A stretch of 63,985 nucleotides of DNA, counting the filler, from Choristocarpus tenellus KU-1152 (lineage: Eukaryota > Protista > Phaeophyceae): NCBI GenBank assembly GCA_964200185.2. It is 6 parts of 6 records of this genome, joined end to end, with 100 filler letters (N's around TTAATTAATTAA, not from the genome) between each part and the next. Parts side by side here need not be neighbours in the genome. Positions count along the whole stretch, not along the records: positions 37,914 to 61,376 come from CAXNAD020000244.1; positions 61,477 to 63,985 come from CAXNAD020027210.1; 4 more parts are not named here. One strand, written 5' to 3'. Below, in pieces: positions 52,601 through 63,106 of the stretch (the first letter of the stretch is position 1; the number at the start of each line of letters is the position of its first letter). Position numbers and translations under genes: made by a program. The notes under the pieces are model-generated. The model was not told the DNA's origin. It saw nothing but the letters and a program-made list of their open reading frames with translations, and made no database searches.

Positions 52601-55600
52601 AGGGCAGAATGTGATGTCTATGGACATGTGTAAATCAAGTGAAACAGGGTGTGGTGTGGCCTCCCAGGTAAGGGTTGAATCTCTGGTGGAAGTTTGGTAA
52701 TTGCTCGAAATGAAGGACATTTTCTCTAGGCTCATTATGGTGCTTATTGCTCTCCCCTGAGTACTGAGGTGTAAAAGCACTACTAATTTAGTTGTAGTAA
52801 ATGTTAGGAAGGAGGGACAAAGGGTTGAAGACATCAGGGAGGTTGCTGAGTGCATCTATTCAGGTTGCTGATTGCATCAATTTACTACTGTCTATACGCA
52901 ACTCCATCAATGTATATCTTACCTCTCATACCATGCCACTAGAGGTCTATCCCTTAGTACACTTTTTCAAATGAAAATCTTGGCATGACTCAAGCACAAT
53001 GCATGCCCACATTTCCTAGCCAAGACAAGGGTTTTTCTTGAATGCAAGTGCTCTCTCACACAATTTCTCCCACTGTTACCATTGCCAATATACCCTTTGA
53101 TCTATCTCATGCCACCCTGTAGTTGGTGCAATATACACAGGCCAATCTCAGGCATACCCCATACTCACCTGCTCTGGCACATATATCTGCACAGGTACCC
53201 CTATCATGCTTTCTTCTCCTTCTACCCCCCACCCCTTGTCAGAACACTGACGTAGTAGCTCCTCTGATGGTCGAAACCGTATACCAAAGTCAAGGCATCC
53301 TCCGCCTGGTTGTATGAAACCCATGTCAGGGCCAAAAGAGCAGCAGCCGTGGAGAACAGATGGAACCTTGGCCATTGCTTTCATGGCTATCTTTCCCCTG
53401 TTGTAGACTCGAATCTAATAAATAGTTAAGGATGGAGATATTGTGGTTGAACACACAATAGGAAGTTCGAATTGAAGATGCCAGATGTGTGCTCTGCATA
53501 TTAATTTCAGGAATGAATCAACGTATCTTAGAGGGTAGAGCTGCGTCCATTTGGGGGCTAAAATCCAATGTTGCGATTTTGATGTAATTTTGGCTATCAT
53601 TTTTGTTAGGAAGTGTCAACATCCTTGCTCTGGACACAGTTTTCATAAGGTATACATTTTACCTACTCCGAAATATTTCAGAGTAGGAGAATGTCATTTA
53701 AAAAACCCGTGGGAAGCCAAGCCCCAAATGCACAAACAGGGCAAAATTCGTACCCTGTAAGATACTTTCAATCAATATGAATGAGTGCAATTCAGTTGCA
53801 GTGGAGGGGCCGAACAGCAGAAGGCGTAAAAGGAAAAGGAGGCATTAGGCATAGAAAACCAGTGGAATAAGGCAGAGGTGTAGGGGAGCACAAAAAGACA
53901 GGACATTTGTAGGGGAGCAAAGAAGGAAGTACTGTATTAGAAGGATCATCATGTGATACATTAACACAAGCACGAAATGTCCTTGACCGCATATTGAGAG
54001 AAACGACCTTCCAGGGGGTCGCAAAATTCCCTTAACACATGTAGTCAGGACCAAAGAAGTCTGAGATGACTGCGCTTTCTCCAAAGTGTGTAAACCTTTG
54101 CCTTCCTCCGTTCCGTCATCCTTCTCCCCCACTCACTCCCTGAAATACATTTATTTGGGGGTAAGATACTGCTCCCACGCCTCTGATTTGAAATCCTGCA
54201 CACCTTCTTGATGTACTGCTTCCCTATCACACAGCAGTGAAAGTCTACTAGTGACTCCCTTACAAAGATTGGCACGGAAACTCCAGTGGCGTGAATAGTG
54301 AGTCGGAACTCTTCCTCACAGCCCTCAAAAAGGATCACCTGCTTCCCCAACATGAAATCCAAGGAAGGGTGGGACAAAGGTGTTGTTCGTGGTGAGGATA
54401 TTTGTCGAAATTTCTGACACAATGATCTCCCGGTGTGTATAGCAAAATATGCAATTCACTGAGCACTGTAAAATAGGAGCATTGAACTGCATCCGTTTGG
54501 GGTCACAAATCCAATTTTGCAATTTTGATTCATTTTGAATATCGTGTTTGTTAGAAAGTGTCAATATCCTTGCTTCAGACACACCTTTTATAGCCATATG
54601 TATTATAGGACTGTTTTCATACAGAAAACCGAAAAAGGGCATAGAAACCCCGTGGGAAGCCAAGGCACGAATGGACAAACAGGGCAAAACTCGTACCCTC
54701 TTCAATGCTTTGACTCTTGAACAAACATAATAATCCTGTCCATGGTAATCTTTTCCATATAACAAAGGACTGAACGAATTGAACTGTTTTCAAGTGATAA
54801 TCCAGGAGATATTTTTCGTTTTATGCTTCATGTGTAAGCGTCTCTCCCAAACCTGTGAGCATTTTGTATGTTACAGTGACTTTCAAGCTCATCTACTGTA
54901 GAGCTCGTACTTTTCCTGGAAAGCATACCATCAGTCAAACTTGAGGCTTGGATGAGTTGCATCTACCCCCAACAGATTATGATTCTCTCTTCTTCTTCTT
55001 GTCCTCCTATGCTGTGCATTCTGAATTGGAATACAAGTTAGTCTTGTGCAAGAACCACAACTATATTCACTGAGCATTACCAGGTATGGTATTCCAGATG
55101 TTGACAGTTGCAAAACAGACCCGACTATGTGTTGCCATGTGACCTTCCACCAGTCAAAGGTGCAGAGCCTTGATTTGTTTTCTTCGAAGATATAATGCCA
55201 TATGCTTACTGACATGTTGAGATCTTGTGAGGAAAGAAAAATAAATCCCTAGATATCCTTCGAAGGGTGCAGCTGCAGGGCATTAGTACATTCCTTGTTT
55301 TAGAAGTAATCTTGGACCGGCTTTATAATTTTGTCCATGGCTACCTATTAGAGAAAACGCCTGTGTAGTTTGAAGTGCACTCCAGTGATAGTCCAGAGAG
55401 TATGGTACTGCTTTGGATGAGCGTTGATAGTTCTCTCTCCCACACCTGTGAAATTTCTGTACATTCTGGTGAATCCTGCAAACAAGTATGGAGGTTTGAG
55501 CATACTCCATCCTTGTGGGTAGTGCATACTCCGACCACATGGTAGTCCCAGAACTCTTTCCTGAAGGCGAGGTACCTTGACAGGGTCATCTAAAGGAAGT

Positions 55601-58600
55601 TACCCACTAAAATCTGGAGTACTAGAAATGTCACCGTATTTCGGCTAGGGCTCTTCAGCTAGAGCTATTCTTAAATGTTTGGCATGGGATTGAGCTGGGG
55701 AGGTAGTGTCAGTTACACTAGTGGACCCTCACAAAGACACCACACCCTATTCATATCATCACTGTCTGGCAGAAAAGGTGCAAGCACCATTTTCCCACTT
55801 GTCCTCATTTTTGGTGGAGGAACCTTTTCCCCTGGGTACCCCTCTGGAGCTTGTACTTCTTATATATGTGGTCACACCAGAAGCGGATGATATACATATT
55901 TTTTGTTTTTTTTTCCACTATGGAAACTAGTCTGTGACCCCGTAGACTGGCAGGCCTCAACCTCTAAGATTTGCGCGTCTTGAGCACTAAAGAGAGTGCA
56001 GGTTACGCAAGAAGGGAAATATGGGGTGGTTGTGTGACACCTGCCTACTTTACTAGAATAGATATCAGGCACACCACAATAGTAAACTAGACAACTACAA
56101 GGCTAGGATTAATACAGAGCATCACCTTTGGTCCTGTCAATGCTAGATCTGTTCATAGATTTAAGTGGATTTTCCATGATTGCTGGTGTGCATTTCGAGG
56201 ACAAGAAACCTTACCTAGCAATACATGGAGCAGTGGTGATCTGCAGGAGCTAATACTTGACATGCCTGTCAACTAGTGTATACAACTGGGCCTTCTTTGA
56301 GAAGACAACCTTTGGGATTACACAGGAAAGCATTTTCGTACGTGTGCAAAACCATATGTTTGAAACAGGAAATGTTACCCCCAATAATTTGTATACCATT
56401 AGAATGAGGGCGAAGTCTCTTTCAATGGTGACACATAGCTCTCTGGGTATGTAATACTGAAAGCTGTAGAAGTTCAACTACTATGATTCACTACCAATCA
56501 AAGAACAACCTTTGGATTAGTCGGTTATTTGCTCATGTATATGTTTGCTGGGCACTCTGCAAACCATTTCTTGCAAAGCCTTGTGGTGCCTGGCTAATCA
56601 TATACTTCACCTCCAAATTTCCTTCTTGCAATACCTCAATCCACTTGTAGCAAGACCCAGCTGTCAGGTAAATGTAGCTAACTAGGAGAAGATGGGGGAA
56701 AAGATATGGGAGAGATCCAGAATTTCCAAGAGAATGCAGGAAATTTTATGCATTTTCCTTTGTGTACAAGGCCTAAAATTCCATGTGGCGTGATGCAACC
56801 AGCTATATACATGAATGTACCAAAGGTATCTTCCATAGACGGCGCAAGGGCACCAAAATATCTATCTGGCACATTTGAGGGTCCCGTAATATTCCCTTGA
56901 AAATTGCCTAATGCATTTAGTTTTGAGTAAAATTATCTTAGAGAGTACGAGTTTTGCCCTGTTTATCCATTTGGTTGGCTTTCCATGTTTTTTTTTATGA
57001 CATTTTCCTACTCCAAAAAGTTTAGGATTAGGTGAAGTGCATACATTATGAAAAGGTGTGTCCGGAACATGGATATTGACACTTCCTAGCAAACACGATA
57101 GCCCAAATTACATCAAAATTGCAACATCGAATTTTGGTCCCCAAATGGACGTGGCTCTACCCTCTAAGATACTTTGTCTCTTTGTTTGCTATTCTGATGC
57201 CAGCTACACAAACAAACCCACAATCCCCCACTAACATGGGATCCACTGGGGAATATGTGCTCCAGCTGGTAGGCATAGCACCCATACAGCAATCAATGAG
57301 ACAGACTGAGAAACTTGCTCTCGCAGTCGCTGTACAAGAGTTCCCCTGTCACAGGGACTTCATGACTGAGCTAAGGTTCCCTGAGTCCATAAACATCCTG
57401 ATCAAAGAGGACAATCTGTAGGTGCTTCAAAGGTCGCAAATTACAAAAGCATGAGGGCATTGATGGTGAGAAACATTGAGATACCACTGTTTGACAAAAT
57501 CAGAGGCTGGAGAGCTAACCCAGCATAGCCTATGGGCCATTGCCCCACTCGCCACACACCCTCCCCAAACAGTCATCTCAATCTTTGCGTTTCCCCTTTC
57601 GTACATCTTAGGACCACACTCTATCTGTTTGTCCTCCCGCCATCGGGAGTCGGGAAAGCAATCCAGTCGGGATTTAAGAGATGACCGAGAGATGGCTGCT
57701 CAGGGAGGGCACACAATCAGTGGGGTGGTGGCCCACGGGTTATGCTGGTTTAGCTCCCCAGCCTCTCTGATTTCTTCAAACATTGAGATACCACTGTTCC
57801 ACCGGGGCAGATAGTCTCAATGGTATCTCAATATTTGACAGACAGCATAAGAAGCAGATACACAGCAGACCATTTTTGTTGGGCGCCACTCAAGAGTGAA
57901 TTTATCTTCGAGGGTACGAGATTTGCCCTGTTTGTCCATTTGGGACTTGGCTTCCCATGGGGTTTTTTATGACATTTTCCTACTCCGAAATGTTTCCGAG
58001 TAGATAAAATGTATACGTTGTGAAAAGGTGTGTCCGAAACATACATATTGACACTTGCTAACAAACACGATATCTAAAATTACATCAAATTGCATCATTG
58101 GATTTTGACCCCCAAGTGGACGCGGCTCTACCCTCTAAGATACTTTGGCTCTCTTTGGAGACACTGCATAGTGCAGTCTATGGTCTGGGGGACGAAGAGA
58201 TTTTTTCATTCTTGATTTGAAATGATACATTCGATCTCTTTCTTAGAGATATTCTGCTTCATCTGATCTCTCTTGAATTTTGCATTTTACACTATTGATA
58301 TGATCAATAAGGTACTGTTTGTTATACAAGATACCATTTTGCACTGTCAATTCTCACTTAATTTGACTGAGTTCCTAAGAGTTGCCTTCCAGCCATAGAT
58401 TATTTGTTGGTGATCGAATCCTTCAAATTGTTTCTCCTTACTCATACATTCTAACATGTTCACATCACAGGGACACGTCACAAGGTACAGCTGTAACCAC
58501 GAACATAGTGATAATCACTGTCCTTGTAAGGTCTTTCTCTCTTACGTACACATAGCATCAGCATATCTAGACCTCTCGAGCAAAGTTCAAAGTCTCTTTA

Positions 58601-61198
58601 CAGCCCAACGTCTCCTTAGTATGGTAGAACAAACTGATTGGGTGGGACTCAAATAGGGATATATCAAGACTTAATTGGATCATCAGCCACAATGAGACAA
58701 CCTCTTATGTGGTTATATATGGCAACTAACCCAGAGCAGTGCTACATGTGAGATAGGAAAGTATGCAGTATCACTTTGCCACTCTCTTGATATTTTGGCA
58801 CATCCTCACTCTGAAAATCATGCATGTATGTGCAATAAACCTAGAGTATGGATATCCGTGTGCATTTACATGAGAGCAGGAGAAAAAGGCAACTGAACAT
58901 ATTGGCTCGAGACATTCAAAATAAATGCTGAGATGTGATGAGCCTCTGGTGTACTACGTCTAATAATGCACACATATGTTGCAACAATAAAACATCCCCA
59001 TTGCATAAGTTCACCTTTTCCACACAGAAGTCTCCTGCTCTCAGTGGAGTGAAGGTTACCACCAAGTCCGTTGAAGAGTAACCATTAAGTCTCCCTCGAG
59101 CTTCTACTTCAAGAGTCTCCTTTCCAGGTGGATGATCCAAACTTGCTGCTCCCACTTTAGCTGCCCTTGCCAGGACCTCTGCTTCAGACTGTGGCAGCCT
59201 TGACAACCCATCAACCTCAGTTGAATCATCAGAATTATGCCTTTCAGATATTTCTTGTGTATTTTGCATCTCTCTGTCTCCCCCAAGTTCACTATAGTTT
59301 TTCTTGCTTGATTCGACGAGACTGCTTCCTCTTGCATTCCTCTCTCCATCTATAGGTCCTCCCCCCCTCTCTCTAACGTTGCACATGCCCATGATGCCGT
59401 TATTACCATCATTTCTTTCTTCATCACTTGGTTTCCTCAAGTCTCCCGACACCCCTTGGGCAACCATTGCCATTGCCAGGGTTTCCTCTGTCTCAGTAGG
59501 TGGTGGGGGATCATTGATGAGTAATCTTGTTGGCAGGGCTCCATTGTTGTCAACTCTGATACGGACAGTCTTTTCTTGGAGGGAAGATAGCATGTTTTAC
59601 CCATATTGTTTTGTGGAACAGTATTTACATGCATGTGGCAGGAGGGCAGACAAGCAGGAGATCACGGGGTATTGCAAGTGAACTAATGAGCGGGTGGAGT
59701 GAGAAGGGCGTAAAGATGGATTTATCGAAACCCTAGTTAGTTAGACGCATGGTTCAAAGTATGTGGAAGTAAATCTGTAGCATAGAGGTGTGGTAAAAAA
59801 ACTGTACCTTGCAGCTACGATTTTGATTGATCGACTTTCTCAAGTCCAATGGTGGAAAGACTTTGAGTCAAAGTATCTTGGAGGGTAGAGCTGCGTCCGT
59901 TTGGGGGCCAAAATCCAATATTGCGATTTTGATGTAATTTTGGCTATCGTGTGTTTTTCAGGAAGTGTCAATATCCTTGTTCCAGACGTATACATGATAC
60001 CTACTCCAAAACATTTTGGATTTGGAAAATGTCATAAAAACCCGTGGGAAGTCAAGCCCCAAACGGACAAACAGGGCAAAACTCGTACCCTAACCCTAAG
60101 ATACTTTCACTCTATTATGGTGACTGTTCTCTATCCCTCTCAACCCTTGCTCTTTGTATGTGATAGAAAAATTGGTCGCCCACCTGTCCCTTGGGTCAGT
60201 TGATGTACTGATGCTTTAATCTTCAAGTGCCGACATTAGAGTACAGCAAAATACAGAATATCGGACCCATATCAGTAGAGTTTGAAACGAGTAGACCAAC
60301 ATGACCATTAAATCCATAGTACAATGTAATAACATCAACTCTTGAAGACATTGTACTGTACTGTATTCGGAAGCTTCAAAAAGCATGCTTGTAGTCTCAT
60401 ACTCTCTTCAGTGTCGTTCTATCCCTATTGAGCTAGGGAAACCATAAAGTCAAGATCTGGGTTCCTTAAAAAAGTGGTAGACCTCTGCACCTTAGATTCA
60501 TTGGATGGGTTAAGCAGATTATATCACCTCTTTCTCTCCCAGGACAGTGTGGGAAAATGTAACAACATTTCTGGACAGTGAGGGTGCTACCCTTCGTGCA
60601 GTGCAGGCCATTGGAATAGAGAATGATCCTGTTTGACTCCTCACTGGAAGCTCTGTCTGGATATCTTCATTAATCTAGTAGCAAAGGGTCATGACGGAGG
60701 GAAGGATGGGGAACAAGCATGAAGATATCAGAGATGATGGGGTTGTGAATGGAAGGATACAAAATTATGTTACATTATACACCTTTGATTTGAAGAGAGC
60801 TGGAAGCCACCCTGAGGACCAAAAACAATGTTGTAAATGGTGTAAGGCATTACTGTTGTACTCATTTGGAGTTACTCAAGCATTCCAGCCCAGGAATTCT
60901 GATTATTACAATGTATATGACATGTATGTGGTTTCCTTTAGCGTTCTGCAGAGGAGAGAATGGAGCTTGAGTTGACTGAGTTGACCATCAAATGGTTGGG
61001 TAGGAAAATATGGTTGTGAAAGGCACACCAGGCAAGGGAGGAGGAAGCCGATAGGTTTTTTGTTTTGAGGGGAAGAGGTGTGAGGAGGAACATGAAACAT
61101 AAGACAACAACACCATTCCTGCTCACCTTGGGGGTAAAGGTGATGTAGATTATACACGTCATCCCAGCGGACATGCGACCAGGCTTACAGTATGTGAC
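40632..61198 (-). CDS. CFAP74: Cilia- and flagella-associated protein 74 (FAP74; ASH/Ig-like domains); 5' end outside the contig, last exon unresolved
   Basis: Exons: 61127-61198, 60591-60674, about 59015-59575, 54204-54338, 53169-53414, 52278-52502, 51232-51377, 50430-50556, 49007-49597, 47944-48030, 47112-47192, 46177-46283, 45584-45709, 45085-45178, 44384-44515, 43219-43422, 41584-41751, 40632-40811. KPGRMSAGMTCIIYITFTPK|INEDIQTELPVRSQTGSFSIPMAC, VQPNDGFGILLP, VDFGQLAVG and FSPDH are remembered CFAP74 motifs. Confidence 0.9.
41294..41550 (+). mobile_element. MITE family A; 4-bp TSD GCTT
   Basis: GCTT|GAGCCAAAGTATCTTAGAGGGTA...TACCCTCTAAGATACTTTCACTC|GCTT. Confidence 0.93.
42300..42472. 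mobile_element. MITE family B, full length
   Basis: GGCTCAAACTATCTGGGGG...CCCCAGATACTTTGAGTC. Confidence 0.85.
42792..43049 (+). mobile_element. MITE family A; 4-bp TSD ATTG
   Basis: TIRs, with ATTG on both sides. Confidence 0.93.
43516..43747 (+). mobile_element. MITE family A; 4-bp TSD AACT
   Basis: TIRs (right end partly deleted), with AACT on both sides. Confidence 0.88.
48275..48520 (-). mobile_element. MITE family A; 3-bp TSD AAG
   Basis: TIRs and conserved interior. Confidence 0.9.
49859..50139 (-). mobile_element. MITE family A, divergent subfamily; 3-bp TSD CCA
   Basis: GATCCAAACCATTTCAGAGGGTAG...CTACCCTCTGAAATACTTTGGATC. Confidence 0.82.
50191..50940. repeat. Perfect 39-bp inverted repeat pair (50191-50229 and 50902-50940) flanking a CFAP74 exon
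   Basis: ATTGCACATATCCTTGCAATTCTATGTACGTTATTTTAG and its exact reverse complement. Confidence 0.92.
51620..51876 (-). mobile_element. MITE family A; 3-bp TSD CAA
   Basis: TIRs and interior; directly follows a family C fragment. Confidence 0.88.
53515..53773 (+). mobile_element. MITE family A; 3-bp TSD AAT
   Basis: TIRs and interior. Confidence 0.88.
54900..56900 (-). pseudogene. Possible heavily decayed Ty3/Gypsy pol relic in a CFAP74 intron
   Basis: Fragments CITPHGILGL (RT-like), YIPRELC...YKLLGVTFPV (RNase H-like) and LSRYLAFRKEFWDYHV (integrase-like) appear in RT-RH-INT order. The similarity is weak. Confidence 0.3.
56925..57180 (-). mobile_element. MITE family A; 3-bp TSD TTT
   Basis: TIRs and interior. 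Confidence 0.88.
57475..57832. mobile_element. Foldback-type MITE with long imperfect TIRs
   Basis: ATTGAGATACCACTGTTTGACAAAATCAGAGGCTGGAGAGCTAACCCAGCATAGCC is mirrored by GGTTATGCTGGTTTAGCTCCCCAGCCTCTCTGATTTCTTCAAACA...TGGTATCTCAAT. Confidence 0.7.
57894..58151 (-). mobile_element. MITE family A (no clear TSD)
   Basis: TIRs and interior; flanks TCAA and TCTT. Confidence 0.88.
59865..60112 (+). mobile_element. MITE family A with CCCTAACCCTAA in its right TIR
   Basis: TIRs and interior. TACCCTAACCCTAAGATACT replaces the consensus TACCCTCTAAGATACT. Confidence 0.88.
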
Positions 61199-61229
61199 CT
61201 TTAAAGGTGTCAAGGTGGCATAGCAGAAA

Positions 61230-61233
<4 letters not shown>

Positions 61234-61278
<45 letters not shown>
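61234..61278. repeat. (TA)n microsatellite
   Basis: A run of about 22 TA units. Confidence 0.95.
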
Positions 61279-61279
<1 letters not shown>

Positions 61280-61638
61280 TGTGCGATTACATGCGTACTT
61301 TGGGCAGGGCAACAAATGAACTTAGCGTTAGAGTTGTACAAGTATATAGAGAAATTATTCCTTACTTTTTTGCTTTNNNNNNNNNNNNNNNNNNNNNNNN
61401 NNNNNNNNNNNNNNNNNNNNTTAATTAATTAANNNNNNNNNNNNNNNNNNNNNNNNNNNNNNNNNNNNNNNNNNNNCAAAAAAGTGAAAATCGAAAGAAG
61501 GGTGAAAAACGGACGCCGAGACCCCCCTCCCAGATACTTTGACCTTGGAGCTTGAAAGCGGGCAGCTAATGAAGCTTCATCAATAATACCCAGCATTCGT
61601 TCAGCAACCCCATTATATTGAGGGCTGTCTGCAGGTGT

Positions 61639-62008
61639 TGTTCGTAGATAGTGCTGCTGATACACGTAGACACTACCGGTGGATTAGATAATAGGATGGA
61701 GAGCCAGTGACAGATATATTATTTGTACTGACTCATAGCGTTGATTGGTTATATCATTGTCAAGATACACTTCCTATTCTTAAGATAAGTAAATGCATAA
61801 TTCATAGTAAATTAGTGTGGACGATTACAAACCCCACACTATAGAGTAATGGTGGTAGTTGAGGCTAGAGTCTCACCCACGAGCTCAGTCAGCGGAATCG
61901 AGACCACAAGACACCCTTAATATTACCTTACTCATCTACATCAAGCTGTTCTTTGTCCTTCTTTAAAGCACCATAAACGTCGCGGGCCCAGTGTGGGATA
62001 GTTCAACA
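61639..62008. mobile_element. Solo LTR (370 bp, TG...CA) with 5-bp TSD GGTGT
   Basis: GGTGT|TGTTCG...TTCAACA|GGTGT. Removing it and one TSD restores the integrase sequence ELTPADSPQYNG. Confidence 0.85.
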
Positions 62009-62026
62009 GGTGTCAACTCCTGTCTT

Positions 62027-62120
62027 GAGCCAAAGTACCTTAGAGGGTGGAGCCGCGTCCATTTGGGCACCGAAATGGACAAATAGGGCAAAACTCGTAC
62101 CCTCTAAGATACTTTCACTC
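62027..62120 (+). mobile_element. Internally deleted 94-bp family A MITE; 4-bp TSD TCTT
   Basis: Both TIRs are present. Removal with a 4-bp TSD restores the integrase sequence GIRQE. Confidence 0.9.
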
Positions 62121-62955
62121 TCTTATCCCACGAACACAACAAATAGCGCCGAAAGCACCCTCATAAAATTTCCCCCCGTTATCAGACCGCACACACATGA
62201 CCCAAGAGGGAGTACCATCAGCCCGGATATCGGCCTGGTACTTCTTGAAGGCTTCACAGCGGCATCCGACTTAACATGGAGGAAATACAACCAAACAAAA
62301 CGAAAATAATCGTCCCGGATTATCATGGTGTATTGTTTACCACCGATTGAAAGGGTAGCCCTCTTCCCACTTAGATCGACAAAAACCCGATCCAGCTTTC
62401 TTATCACCCTTGAAGACGTGCTGGACCGAACGCCCTTCCTTATGCCCTTGCTCATAGAGCAGCCCGCACAGGGCTCCAGCTCACCCACCAATGTAATGCC
62501 CATTGAAGTGGCGGTGGACTTGAGCAATGCCTCGTGTGCGTGGCCATAAGAGCAGTGGAAGAGGTCAATGTCGATTGTCGCGTGGGGAGCATGGGGTGCA
62601 AGGGAGGGGGCTATAGTGGCCTTTAAAGCAACTTCAGCATATCGATCTGGTCGCGGCAATATGCGTTGACCATGGAGGGTGTAATGGCAACCGGGGTCTC
62701 TTGTGAAGGTAAGTATTCCATCATACAACGAGAATGTACTGACTGCGAAAATGCCTTTTAGCACCCTTATCAGCTGCTGCTTGGCAAGAAAAAAGGTTGA
62801 ATCCAAGATCAGGGACATATGGGCGACATTTTGAAGGAGTATTTCTACCCCCTTGTTGTCATGTGACGGAAACAAGATGGTTAGATCATCATGACCAGCG
62901 ATGCAAAAGGAATTTTGGCTGGCGGTGACTACTTTTTTGTCTCCAACACAAGACT

Positions 62956-63106
62956 GAGCCAAAGTATCTTAGAGGGTAGAGCCGTGTCCATTTGGAGGTC
63001 AAAAACCAATGTTGCGATTTTGATGTAATTTNNNNNNNNNNATGGGAAGCCAAGCCCCAAATGGACAAACAGGGCAAAACTCGTACCCTCTAAGATACTT
63101 TCGCTC
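62956..63106 (+). mobile_element. MITE family A spanning a 10-N gap; 3-bp TSD ACT
   Basis: Both TIRs are present. Removal with a 3-bp TSD restores the Copia protease frame (N*KSCVGDKKV). Confidence 0.85.
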
